A DNA stretch of 64,000 nt from Squalus acanthias (taxonomy: Eukaryota): assembly GCA_030390025.1 (NCBI GenBank), contig JASTWF010000035.1, positions 1,364,001 to 1,428,000 of the forward strand, given 5' to 3'. Under the pieces are notes generated by a model. It saw only the letters and a program-made list of their open reading frames with translations, ran no database searches and was not told the DNA's origin. Position numbers and translations under genes: made by a program. Shown in pieces: positions 1 to 12,237 of the stretch. Numbering within the stretch: position 1 is the stretch's first letter; each line of letters begins with the position of its first letter.

Positions 1-742
1 ACGATCTCCTGCGCCGGCAGATCGTGACGTCAGTCGAGTGCACAACGCCCCGTTAGCGCCCCAGAGCGTATATTGAGTGGCGCCCCCTGCCTTACCGCCT
101 GCCGCTAGCAACGACAGGTTGAGGGGAGCGTTTTGCAGTGAGGAAGGGACTGGGGGAGCGCTATTTAAAGGCGACCGCTTCCTGCCTTTTTTTGTTGGTG
201 ACATTTTTGAAACACGCATTCTGAGAGAGAGAGAGAGACTTCTGGAGAGATTCAACGCTGTGTGAAGGAGTTTTGGGTACTGAGCAGCACTTTGCAGGTT
301 CATTTTGATTTGCCCTTCCTTGTATCGATTTAGTGAGAGAATGTGGGGGCTGCACTCAGCTCTTTCCCTGGTTCTCTCCATTGTTCTTTCCAGCAGATTT
401 GATGTGCAGGTCTCTCCAGGCCGAGATTCAAGGCTGCAATGAGCAGGATCTGGATGGAAAGCAAGATCAACCCTCCCCTTTAAGAACTGACCGGTGCCAT
501 TGTGTCTGTGTTCCATTGCTGACTGACATCACATGAGCTTCGCCAGCGCTCTGAGTTACCGCCTCGCTCCTCGGCCTTTGCGCCTTAAGACAGATGTGTA
601 GTGCCTGATTTAGCGCTCCAATCACCTCCAGGGGCGATAAAAGTCAAGTTTGCAGTCGGAGGCGATAATTAGCGCCAGGCGCTAATCTTTGCGCCCGGCC
701 AATAATTGCGCCCCAAACGAGGCGATACTGAATTTTTCCCCC
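1..742. mobile_element. Non-autonomous Harbinger deletion derivative (left end outside window)
   Basis: 1-355 is similar to 28974-29355 and 372-742 is similar to 35590-35957 of the full element. Ends CTGAATTTTTCCCCC followed by TAT. Interrupts a CR1 ORF2. Confidence 0.88.
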
Positions 743-1240
743 TATATATTTCAATAAGATCCCCTCGCATTCTTTTAAACTCCAATGAGTATAGGCCCAA
801 CCTGCTCAACCTTTCTTCATAAGATAACCCCTTCATCTCCGGAATCAACCTCGTGAACCTTCTCTGAACTGCCTCCAATGCAAGTATATCCTTCCTTAAA
901 TAAGGAGACCAAAACTGTATGCAGTACTCCAGGTGTGGTCTCACCAACGCCCTGTACAGTTGTAACGTGACTTCCCTACTTTTATACTCCATTCCCTTGG
1001 CAATAAAGGGCTTCATTCCATTTGCCTTCCTAATTACTTGCTGTACCTGCATGCTAACTTTTTGTGATTCATGTACAAGGACCCCCAGATCCCTCTGTAC
1101 CTCAGCATTTAGCAATCTCTCACCATTTAAATAATAATTTCCTTTTTTATTTTTCCTACCAAAGTGGATAACCTCACATTTTCCCATATTAAACTCCATC
1201 TGCCAGATTTTTGCCCACTCACTTAGCCTATCTATATCCC
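743..1240 (-). mobile_element. CR1 LINE ORF2 fragment (RT C-terminal region)
   Basis: ORF 669..1199 has KCEVIHFG, DLGVLVH and LVRPHLEYCIQFWSP; CR1 homology stops at the Harbinger terminus. Confidence 0.92.
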
Positions 1241-2743
1241 GTGGGACAGGTAGTTAAGGCAGTTAAGAGCTGTTAATTGTCTTGCTAATGCTATTTTGAT
1301 AGTGGTTTCCCATTTTCGTGCTTCTTGCTCCTGTTTCCCGTCTTATCAGAAGCAGGCCAGCTTCAAGGAGACGAGTTGCTGGAGGACATGATTTGTAGTC
1401 ATTGGTGGTGCACTTTAAAAGCGCCCCTGAAGCATGGCTGACATTCAAATGCAACAACTTTGCTGTTGTAGGTATGGGATAAGATTTTGCACAACTACTG
1501 ACCTTGTGACTGCTTTGGCTGACACCCATCTGCAGTGTGACCTGAATGGAATAATTTCAGCCCACTTCGACTGTGCGCTTGCAAGCTTGTTGCCTCAAAT
1601 GAAATCTATAGCAATGGGATGGGAAAAATTTATGTCTTCTCATCCTGATCCTCATAATGGGAGGAGCTGCAACCGCGTGACTCAGCGCAGACTCTTCCTG
1701 GGAAGAGGAAGAGGAGGAGGATGAGGGGTGCCTTGCGTGCCCTGTTGTAACCAATGTAGCATCCCTCCAGTTCACTGTTGCCCGTCAAGCAGGGTATGCA
1801 CACAGCCATGCCACATTCGCATAAGCTTACTCTTCAACCTTAGGTGGCTACCATATGGCTCTGTAATTGTAGGCGCCATTAGTCCACCATCATACATCAT
1901 CTCTGCTATACCCGGTTATTTCCTATAATTTTCACCATCAGCATTACAAAACCAAGTCGCCCTGAGCCCTCAATGCGCATTTGCCATTTCCCAGAACACA
2001 TAGGCCACACAATCAACTGTTTGCCATAATTGTTCTTTACCACAAGACAAAAGCATCACAAACCAATAACAGTCAGAAAAAAAGGCAAAACATCCATGTG
2101 AGTCCCCTTGTGACGCTTGCTTCTACGTGGTACTACCCCTGTGGCATCAGCAGATGTAGAGGCACCTTGCTGACTAGGATGCTGCGCCTGCTTACACGCC
2201 TTTAGCGGGTGTCCTCTGGGTTTGGGAGCCTGGGAGGTCTCTTCAACAGTCTGCTCTTCCTGCAGCTGTGCAGGGGCTGAAACGGTCATCTCAGTTGGCT
2301 CTGCAAAGTGGGTCTCTGACCGAGGGCTCAGCAGTGGCATGGTCGTGCGAGCGCTTGGAGAGGAGCCCACACTTCCTTGTGTCCTGCCAACAACATCCCC
2401 CTCATGGGTCAGCCACACCTCAGTGCTGGCAAGTGGCTGGAGAGCACCTTGCTGCACATCAGGGGGGCCATGAGGACCCGTATCTGCACTGGCAGTCCTC
2501 ATCACAAGGACGTCCATGAAGCTCTGGTCTCTCTGCTCAATAGCTGCCCATCTCTCCTCCAGAGATGACAATCTATTTTGAACATTCACCATGTTTTCCT
2601 GACTCTGGTGACTTATTTCCTCCATGGCGGTAGCCAGCCTTTCCACAGAGGTTGCCATCCTATCCATGGTGGTGCGTTCATGCGCCATTGCCTCCACCAC
2701 ACAACCCAACTCCAACCCACCTCGGAAATAAAAATCGAGCCCC
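1241..2743 (-). mobile_element. Degenerate second Harbinger-family element (C-terminal part of Myb-partner ORF at 2056-2745)
   Basis: ORF tail PKPRGHPLKA...QQGASTSADATGVVPRRSKR parallels AGRGRPSRA...QQPSTSLAAATEVPLRRTSR of the 30794-31039 ORF. Poly-Glu-type tract near 1700-1725. Terminus-like AAAATCGAGCCCC at 2731-2743. Confidence 0.6.
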
Positions 2744-2747
2744 ACAA

Positions 2748-3440
2748 CTCACTGACAGACACTGATAGACACTGGCTGATGCTGACTGATACTGACTGGC
2801 ACTGATAGACACTGATAGACACTCACTGATACTGACTGACACTGGCAGTTACTGATACTGACAGACACTGACCGACACTGACTGACACTGGCATCACTGA
2901 CACTGACTGACACTGACAGACACTGACCGACACTGACTGACACTGGCGTCACTGACACTGACTGACACTGGCAGTTACTGATACTGACAGACACTGACCG
3001 ACACTGACTGACACTGGCATCACTGACACTGACTGACACTGACAGACACTGACCGACACTGACTGACACTGGTGTCACTGACACTGACTGACACTGACAG
3101 ACACTGACTGACACTGGTGTCACTGACACTGACTGACACTGACAGACACTGACCGACACTGGCGTCACTGACACTGACTGACACTGACAGACACTGACCG
3201 ACACTGGCGTCACTGACACTGACAGACACTGACCGACACTGACTGACACTGGCATCACTGACACTGACTGACACTGGCATCACTGACACTGACTGACACT
3301 GACAGACACTGACCGACACTGACACTGACTGACACTCACAATCACACTTGCGCTGACAGACACTGACTGACACTGACACTGATAGACATTGACTGCCACT
3401 AATAAACACTGACAGATACTGACAGACACTGACAGATAAC
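2748..3440. repeat. ACTGAC/ACAGAC-based compound simple repeat (further patches at 3740-3905, 5530-5600, 5833-5905, 6232-6585)
   Basis: Directly visible tandem gacact/gact/gaca units. Confidence 0.95.
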
Positions 3441-3544
3441 TACTATCTTGCTAATCTCAGCCTGACTTTGAAACTCCGAGTGCCTCGGGACATGAACAGA
3501 GTCCCACATTTATTGAGGATGTTTCTGTTCTTTACTTTCCACAG

Positions 3545-3619
3545 CTCCTCCACCTGAGACAACGGAAACAGAAATAAGTGTCACAACAGAGCTTCAGCAA
3601 AGTACCAGAGAGATTACAG
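3545..3619 (+). CDS. Host gene exon: Ser/Thr-rich stalk of a type I membrane protein (phase 1-1, 75 bp)
   Basis: Acceptor tttctgttctttactttccacAG and donor AG|GTAAGA. Reads xPPPETTETEISVTTELQQSTREIT(G) with no stop. Non-repeat island; phase matches the exon at 41255. Confidence 0.78.
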
Positions 3620-3906
3620 GTAAGAAATCTCTCCCAATAAACCTCTCTAATGTAATAAGCTTCAAATAAATTATATTATGTACCATACAGTGTCCACAAT
3701 CCCTGAATGCTCTCTCCACACCCAGCCTTACCTCACTTCTGACTGACAATGACAGACACTGACACTCACGCCGACACTGAGAGATACTGACACTGACTGC
3801 ACACTGTCACCACAACTGACTGACACTCAGACTGACAGACACTGAAAGACATTGACACTCAGACTGACAGACACTGAAAGACATTGACACTCAGACTGAC
3901 AGACAA

Positions 3907-5175
3907 GGGAACGGTGGTAATCCAGTGGCCTGGACTAATGATCTAGAGACGTGAGTTCAAATCCCACCATGGCAGCTGTGGAATTTAAATTCAGTTAATT
4001 AAATAAATCTGGAATAAAAAGCTAGTATCAGTTAGCAAAGCATATGGGATCTTGGGCTTCATAAATAGAGGTATTGAGTACAAAAGTAGAGAAGTTATGC
4101 TGAACCTTTATAAAGCGCTGGTTAGGCCACAACTGGAGTATTGCGTCCAGTTCTGGTCACCACACTTTAGGAAGGATGTGAAGGCCCTTGAGAGGGTGCA
4201 GAGGAGATTTACCAGAATGGTTCCGGGGATGGGGGATCTTAGTTACAAGGACAGGTTGGAGAAGTTGGATTTGTTTTCATTAGAGCAAAGGAGGTTGAGG
4301 GGTGATTTGATAGAAGTGTACAAGATTATGACGGGTTTGGATAGGCTAGACGGGGAAAGGCTGTTCCCACTAGTTGATGGTACAAGGACTAGGGGACACA
4401 GATTTAAGGTTTTGGGCAAGAGATACAGGGGGGATGTGAGGAAAAACTTTTTTACACAGCGAGAGGTGAGGACCTGGAACTCGCTGCCGACGGAAGTGGT
4501 GGAGGCGGAGACACTCAATGTTTTCAAGGGAAGACTGGATAGGCACTTGAGGGAAATAAACTTGCAGGACTACGGGGATAGAGCGGGGGAATGGGACTGA
4601 CTGGATTGCTCTACAGAGAGCCGGCACAGACTCAATGGGCCGAATGGCCTCCTTCTGTGCCGTTATGACTCTATGACTATGACTCCATGCGGTTGACTCT
4701 TAACTGCCCTCTGAAATGTCCTAGCAAGCCACTCAGTTGTAACAAACTGCTACAAGAAACAATAATAAGAATAAAACTGGACAGACCACCCGGCAGCGAC
4801 CTCGGCACCGGCTTCGGACATGACAAAGGCACACCCAGCCCAGTCGACCCTGCAAAGTCCTCCTCACTAACATCTGGCGGACTTGTGCCAAAATAGGCTG
4901 TCCCACAGACTAGTCAATCAACAGCCTGACACAGTCATACTCACAGAATCATACCTTTCAGCCAATGTCCCAGACTCCTCCATCACCGTATATCTTCTCC
5001 CACCGGCAGGACAGACCCACCAGGGGTGGTGGCACGGTGGTATACAGTCGGGAGGGAGTGGCCCTGGGACTCCTCAACATTGACTCTGGACCCCATGAAG
5101 TCTCATGGCATCAGGTCAAACATAGGCAAGGAAACCTCCTGCTGATCACCACCTACGCCCTCCCTCAGCTGATGA
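3907..5175 (+). mobile_element. tRNA-headed LINE 5' region (B-box head, then APE endonuclease start), interrupted by CR1
   Basis: GAGTTCAAATCC B-box at about 3953-3964. Colinear with 23111-23820; encodes RLSHRLVNQQPDTVILTESYL and RGGGTVVY. Confidence 0.8.
4033..4686 (+). mobile_element. CR1 LINE 3' fragment
   Basis: ORF 4052..4600 is the ORF2 C-terminus; 3' UTR has GGGCCGAATGGCCTCC and a (CTATGA)-type tail. Confidence 0.93.
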
Positions 5176-5599
5176 TTTACTATATGGATCACTAGCCCAG
5201 TAACATAACCACTGTGCTACCATTCCCATTTCTTCCTACTCTCTGTTTTCTGTCCATTAACCAATCCTCAATCCATGCTAGTATATTACCCCAATCCCAT
5301 CAACCCTCATTTTGTGTAATAACCTCTTGTGTGGCACCTTATAGAATGTTTATTGAAAATTCAAATACACTACATCCACTGGTTCCTCTTATCTACCCTG
5401 CTAGTTGCAACCTCAAAAAACTCTAACAGATTTGTCAAACATGATTTCCCTTTCATAAATCCATGTTGACTCTGCCCAATCATGTTATGATTTTCTAAGT
5501 GCTCTGTTACCACGTCCCTAATAATAGATTCACTCACACTGACAGACACAGATACTCACTTTGACATACACTGACTGAAACTGATAGACACTGACTCAT

Positions 5600-5829
5600 G
5601 GGGGGAATTTTAACCTCAAAAAACGGGTGGGTTGGGGTCGGGTGGGAGGTTAAAGTAATAAAAATGTGAAACGGTCACGACCCCAACCCGCCTCCAACCC
5701 ACCAATTCCGGCTTAACGGAGGCGGGACGGGAGGCGGGCAGCCAACCCGCTCCCAGAAGTCGGACTTCCGGGTTTTCTGCGCTCTCAGGGTCCCCCCGCT
5801 CCGGGCGGGTCACAACTTCAAATTGCGGC
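5600..5829. mobile_element. Putative Harbinger-type MITE
   Basis: GC-rich insert within the ACTGAC repeat, flanked by CAT (5597-5599 and 5830-5832). Degenerate ends GGGGGGAATTT and AAATTGCGGC; internal inverted GGGTTGGGGTCG / CGACCCCAACCC. Confidence 0.55.
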
Positions 5830-5904
5830 CATACTCACTGACAATGTCAGACACTGAATGACTGACACTGACCAACACTGACAGACATGACTGACACTGA
5901 CACT

Positions 5905-6232
5905 CAACAACAACAACAACAACTTGCATTTATATAGCGTCTTTAACGTAGTAAAACGTCCCAAGGCGCTTCACAGGAGTATTCTAGAACAAAATTTAAC
6001 ACCGAGCCACATTAGGAGCTATTCGGGCAGATTTTGGTCAAAGACTTGGGTTTTAAGGAGCATCTTAAAGAAGGAAAGAGAGTTACAGAGAGGGAGAGGT
6101 TTCGGGAGGGAATTCCAGAGCTTAGGGTCTCGGCAGCTGAAGGCACGGCCACTAATGGTGGAGCGATTAAAATCAGAGATGCTCAAGAGGCCAGAATTAG
6201 AGGAGCGCAGAGATCTCGGAAGGTTGCAGGGC
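5905..6232 (-). mobile_element. L2-type LINE 3' end with (TTG)n tail
   Basis: Encodes GRAFSCRDPKLWNSLP and FKMLLKT; (AAC)n on + strand. Confidence 0.85.
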
Positions 6233-6724
6233 TGACACTGATAGTTACTGACACTCACACTGTCAGATACTGACAGACAATGACAAACACTGATGCTCAC
6301 TAACACTGACTGACACTGACAGACAACAGACTGACATGGTTAGACAGGGACACTCACACTGACAATCACTGACCAACACAGACTGACTCTGACAGACACT
6401 GGTAGACACTGACACGGACAAACACCGAAACTGACAGACACTAACACTTACTGAAACTGAAACTGACTGACACTGATTGGCCGACTCTCACACTGACATT
6501 CACACTGACTGACACTGACAGACACTGACTGACACTATCGCTGACTCTGGCACTGACACTGACTGACACTCACACTCACACTGACGCAATGTGAAGGAAT
6601 GGATTCAAGTTGCATGCAGCAGGTAAGACCCTGAAATTACACCAAGGACTCCGGGAAGCTCTCAAGGCTGACTCTGGTCTGGTGTAGTAGCCCTTGGTGA
6701 TGAAAACCTGTCGCCATTCATGTT

Positions 6725-8940
6725 CAGTGTTGCAATTAAAATCAGGGATGTGCAAGGTGCCAGAATTGGAGGAGCACAGAGATATCGAAGGCTTGTAGGG
6801 CAGGAGGAGGTTACAGAGATAGGGAGGGGCGAGGCCATGGAGGGATTTGAAAACAAGGATGAGAATTTTAAATTGAGGCATTATTGGACCGGGAGTCAGT
6901 GTAGGTCAGCGAGCACAGGGTTGATGGGTGAACGGGACTTGGTGCGAGTTAAGATACGGCAGCAGGGTTTTGGATGAGCACATGTTTATGTAGGGTGGAA
7001 GATGGGAGACCGGCCAGGACTGCATTGGAATAGTCAAGTCTAGAGGTAACAAAGGCATGGATGAGGGTTTCAGCAGCCGATGAGCTGAGGCTGGTTTGGA
7101 GACGGGTGATGCTATGGAGGTGGAAGGAGGCAGTCTTGGTGATGGAATGGATATGTGGTCGGAAGCTCACCGCGGGGTCAAACACAAGACCAAGGTTATG
7201 AACGGTTTACCTCAGCTTCAGACAGTTGCCAGGGAGAGGGATAGAAACGGTGGTCAGGGGACGGAGTTTGTGGCGAGGACCAAAGACAATGGCTTTGGTC
7301 TTCCCAATATTTAGTTGCAGGAAATTTCTTCTCATCCAATAGTATTGAGTATTGTGTGCAGTTTTGGTCGCCTTATCTGAGGAAGGATGTTCCTGCCATG
7401 GAGGGAGTGCAGCGAAGATTTACCAGACTGATACCTGGGATGGCAGGAATGATGTATGAGGAGAGATTGGGTCGATTAGGCTTATATTCGCTAGAGTTTA
7501 GAAGAATGAGAGGGGATCTCATTGAAACTTATAAAATTCTAACAGGACTAGACAGACTAGATGCAGGAAGGATGTTCCCGATGGCCGGGGAGTCCCGAAC
7601 CAGAGGTCACAGTCTAAGGATAAGGGGTAAGCCATTTAGGACTGAGATGAGGAGGAATTTCTTCACCCAGAGAGTGGTGAACCTGTGGAATTCTCTACCA
7701 CAGAAGGCAGTTGAGGCCAATTCATTAAATATATTCAAGAAGGAGTTAGATATATTTCTTAAGGCTAAAGGGATCAAGGGATATGGGGAGAAAGCAGGGA
7801 CAGGGTACTGAATTTGGATGATCAGCCATGATCTCATTAAATGGCGGAGCAGGCTCGAGGGGCCGAATGGCCTACTCCTGCTCCTATCTTCTATGCTTCT
7901 ATGCTACTGGATGTCGGACAAGCAGTGTGACAAATCAGAGACAGTGGAGGGGTCAAGAGAGGTGGTGGTGAGATAGAGTAGAGTGTCGTCAGCATACATG
8001 TGGAACCTGATGTTGTGTTTTCGGATGATGTCGCTGAGGGGCAGCATGTAGATGTTAAATGGAAGGAGGCCAAGGATAGATCCTTGGGGGCTCCAGAGGT
8101 AACAGTGCAGGAGTGGGAAGAGAAGCCATTACAGGTGATCCTCTGGCTACAATTCGATAGGTAAGAATAGAACCAGTCAAGGACGACGGAGGCCAGGTGC
8201 TGGAGGAGGATGGTGCGGTCAAGTATGTCAAAGGCTGCAGATAGGTCGAGAAGGATGAGCAGGAATAGTTTACCACGGTCACAGTCATATAGAATGTAAT
8301 TTGTGACCTTGATAAGGGCTGTTTCAGTACTGTGGTGAGGACAGAAACCTGATTGGAGGGATTCAAACAATTCCATGGACATGGAATTGCGGGAAAGATA
8401 GGCATGGATTTGGGAAGCAACAACACATTCAAGGACTGGGGAGGAAAGGAAGTTTGTAGATGGGGCGGTAGTTTGCAAGGACAGAGGGTCAAGGGTGGGT
8501 TTTTGAGGAGTGTGGTGATGACAGCAGATTTGAATGGGAGGGGGACAGTACCTGAGGAGAGAACCATTAACAACATCAGCTAACATGGGGGACCAGGAAG
8601 GGAAGTTGGGTGGTCAACAGTTTGGTGGGAATAGAGTTGAGGGAACAGGAGGTGGGTCTCATGGACAAGATGGGCTCAGCGACAGCACAGCAGGAGATGG
8701 GATAGAATCTAGAGAAAGGTGTGAGTTCAGGGCTAGGCCTGTGGGGAACATTCGGGGAAATTTGGCCTGGTGGGCTAGGAGAAGAAAGGGCAGCGGCAGA
8801 GGCAGCTGAACGGATGGTCTCGATCCTTGTGACAAAAAAGCCCATGAGCTCCTCACACTTTATTATTGGAGGTGAGGGTGGAGAAGGCACGAGAAGGTGG
8901 TTTAAGAAGACGGTTTGTGGTGGAGAAGAGAAGCCGGGGG
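6725..8940 (-). mobile_element. L2 LINE ORF2 (RT) remnant, interrupted by CR1 at 7341-7903
   Basis: QSGF..HSTETAL, LLDLSAAFD, LIHAFVTSRLDYSN and FKILILVFKSLHGLAPPYL motifs, with frameshifts. Confidence 0.9.
7341..7903 (+). mobile_element. CR1 LINE 3' fragment (same subfamily as 18070-18563 and 27753-28826)
   Basis: ORF 7356..7811 ends GYGEKAGTGY; (TTCTATG)-type tail. Confidence 0.93.
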
Positions 8941-8955
8941 TTATCATAGAATCAT

Positions 8956-9618
8956 TGGGGGGAAAATTGGTGATCGCCAGCAAAGCAGTTGGTGTCACCG
9001 CCAACTGCCGTTAACGGCCGCCCGAAATGACCGCAGCGCTAACTGACCTAAATTGGTGTGGGGGGCATGGAGGTAGGTGACGCAGTGCTAACCTTAGGTG
9101 TAATGTTGTGCTGGTGGCGTTGCACGAGGGATCCGGGACCAATGTGTAGTCCTGGTGCGGCGTTGCTGCTTCCCCGAGCGTCTGTGTGCGAGGGTGTGAA
9201 GCTCACAATGCATTGTGGGCAGTGAGGAGCTCTGAAATTTAAAGGGCCATGCACATTGAAGCAAGGGAAAATAAAATGCACTGATTCAATACATATTTCA
9301 GCCCTTTCTGTCTTTTTACAAACATTCAATATTTAAAAGAAGTTCCAAATGTGATTATTCAGCCCTTAAAGCTGAATTACCTTCCTAAACTGAACAAATG
9401 GGGAATTTGCCACAGCCCTAACACAAATGGCTCAGCAAGCCAGGGAAGGGTCACCCAGGGTCCCGCATGCAGCACTCCAGTTACCGGTAGCACAAAGGGG
9501 CCCACGAATATAGCGGCCGCCGCGATGACTGCCTCCAGCTGGCGCAAGAGCGGCGGCCGCCATTTTTTCAAAAATCGCTGGCGCTAACAGGTGGCGGTAA
9601 GTATATGAATTTCTCGTC
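8956..9618. mobile_element. Putative Harbinger-type MITE inserted in a CR1 tail
   Basis: Splits the CR1 tail catagaatCAT|...|CATaaaaatttac (CAT at 8953-8955 and 9619-9621). Ends GGGGGGAAAATT and GAATTTCTCGTC resemble the Harbinger TIR. Confidence 0.6.
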
Positions 9619-10896
9619 CATAAAAATTTACGGCCATTCAGCCCATTGTGACTGTGCCAGCCGAAAAAGAGCTATCCAGCCTAACCCCACTTTCTAGCTC
9701 TTGGTCCATAGCCTTGTACATTATGGCACTTCAAGAGCATATCCAAGTACTTTTGAGGGTTTCTGCCTCTACCACCCTTTCAGGCAGTGAGTTCCAGACC
9801 CCCACCAACCTCTGCATGAATAAAGTTCTCCTTAACTCCCCTCTAATCCTTCTACCAATTACTTTAAATCTATGCCCCCTGGTTATTGACTTCTCTGCTA
9901 AGGGAAACAGTTCCTTCCTATCCACTCTATCTAGGCCCCTCATAATTTTATACACCTCAATCAGCCTCCTCTGTTCTAAAGAAAACAACCCCAGCCTATC
10001 CAATCTTTCCTCATAGCTGAAATTCTCCAGTCCGGGCAACATCCTTGTAAATCTCCTCTGTACCTTCTCTAGTGCAATCACATCTTTCCTGTAATGTGGT
10101 GACCAGAACTGTACACAGTACTCTAACTGTAGCCTAACTAGTGTTTTATAAAGTTCAAGCATAACCTCTCTGCTCTTATATTTTATGCCTCAGCTAATAA
10201 AGGAAAGTATCCCGAATGCCTTCTTAACCACCTTATCTAACTATCCTTCAGGGATTTGTGGACATGCACTCCAAGGTCCTCCTGTTCCTCTACTACTTCT
10301 CAGTATCCTACCATTTATTGTATATTCCCTTGCCTCGTTAGCCCTCTCCAAATGCATTACCTCACACTTCTCCAGATTGAATTCTATTTGCCACTTTTGT
10401 GCCCACTTGACCAGTCCATTGATATTTTCCTGCAGTCTACAGCTTTCTACCTCACTATCAACCACATGGCTAATTTTTTTTATCATCTGCAAACTTCTTA
10501 ATCATGCCCCCTACATTAGAGTTTAAATAATTTATATATACCACAAAAAGCAAGGGACCTAGTACTGAGCCCTGCGGAACCCTACTGGAAACAGCCTTCC
10601 AGTCACAAAAACACCTGTCAAGCATTACCCTTTGCTTTCTGCCACTGAACCAATTTAGGATTCAACTTGCCACTTTCCCTTGGATCCCATGGGCTTTTAC
10701 TTTTCTGACCAGTCTGCCATGTGGGACCTTGTCAAAAGCCTTGCTAAAATCCATGTAGACTACATCAAACACGCTACCCTCATCAACCCTCCTCGTTACC
10801 TCCTCAAAAAATGCAATCAAGTTCGTCAGACATGACCTTCCCTTAACAAATCCATGCTGACTGTCTATGGCTTTCTAAATGATGATTAATACTGTC

Positions 10897-11114
10897 TGAC
10901 GTAAGAAAACTACTAGGCACTTGGTCTAAGCGTTAAACAAAGCTTTAATCAACTGTTTTTCAACATGGAGGTCTAGTTGTGTCCTTCACCAGTTCCTGTT
11001 GAGGAATGTCCTAAGCAAGCTGGGCCCATGCCCGAGTATTAATACTCTCCCTGGACAGCGCCACCAGCAGGCCGCCCAGTATTACTTCATACATGAATGA
11101 CAAGATTCATGTCA
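10897..11114 (-). mobile_element. 218-bp solo LTR
   Basis: TGAC...GTCA ends with exact 5-bp TSD CTGTC (10892-10896 and 11115-11119) inside CR1. ATTAAA on - strand at about 10945-10950; TATTAATA at about 11037-11044. Confidence 0.8.
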
Positions 11115-12237
11115 CTGTCCTTAGAATTTTTTCCAATAATTTGCTACCACCAAGGTTAGGCTGACTAGCTTGTAATTACTCGGTCTATCCCTTTCTCCCT
11201 TTTTAAACAACGGTACAACGTCAGCTGGCCTCCTGTCCTCCGGAAGCACACCTGTAGCCAGAGAGGAATAGAAAATGATGATCAGAGCCTCCGCTATTTC
11301 TTCCCTTGCTTCTTTTAACAGCCTCGGATACATTTCATCCGGGCCTGGCAATTTATCTACTTTCAAAGATGCTAAACCCCTTAATATTTCCTCTCTTGCT
11401 ATGTTTATCTCATCTAATATTTCACACTCCTCCTCCTTAACTACAATGTCTGCATCGTCCCTCTTTTCTGTGAAGACAGATGCAAAGTATTCATTAAGAA
11501 CCATGCCCATGTCTTCCACCTCCACACACAGGTTACATTTTTGGTCTCTAGTAGGCCCTACTCTTTCTTTAGTTATTCTCTTGCTCTTTATGTATTTATA
11601 AAACATCTTTGGGTTTTCCTTAATTTTACTTGCCAATAATTTTTCATGCCCTCTCTTTGCTTTCCTAATTTTCTTTTTAATTCCACCCCTGCAATTTCTA
11701 TACTCCTCTAGGCTTTCTGTAGTATTTAACTCTCGGTATCTGACATAAGCTTCCCTTTTTTTCCTTATCCTACCCTGTATGCCCCTTGACATCCAGGGTG
11801 CTCTAGACTTGGGAGTCCCACCCTTTTTCGTGGTGGGAACATACTTGCTCTGAACCCTCACTATCTCCTCTTTGAACACCTCCCACTGCTCTGACACTGA
11901 TTTACCTTACAGTAGCTGTTTCCAGTCCACTTTCGCTAAATCACATCTCGGCTTAGTAAAATTGGCCTTTCCCCGATTGAGAACTTTTACTCCTGGTCTA
12001 TCTTTGTCCTTTTCCATAACTACGCTAAATCTAACTGAATTATGATCACTACCACCAAAATGCTCTCCCACTGATACCCCTTCCACCTGCCCAGCTTCAT
12101 TCCCTAAAACTAGGTCCAGAACCGCCCCCTCCCTTGTTGGACTTGCTACACACTGGCTAAAAAAGTTCTCCTGAAAGCATTTTAAGAATTCTGCACCCTC
12201 TATACCTTTTACACTGATTCTATCCCAGTTAATATTG

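Noticed and set aside
2749..3409. Ser/Val/Cys-rich ORFs, and the many antisense ORFs over LINEs
   Set aside because: These are simple-repeat translations or shadow frames of TE coding sequence.
6586..6630. Strong donor CAG|GTAAGA
   Set aside because: There is no upstream acceptor or polypyrimidine tract; it is preceded directly by simple repeat.
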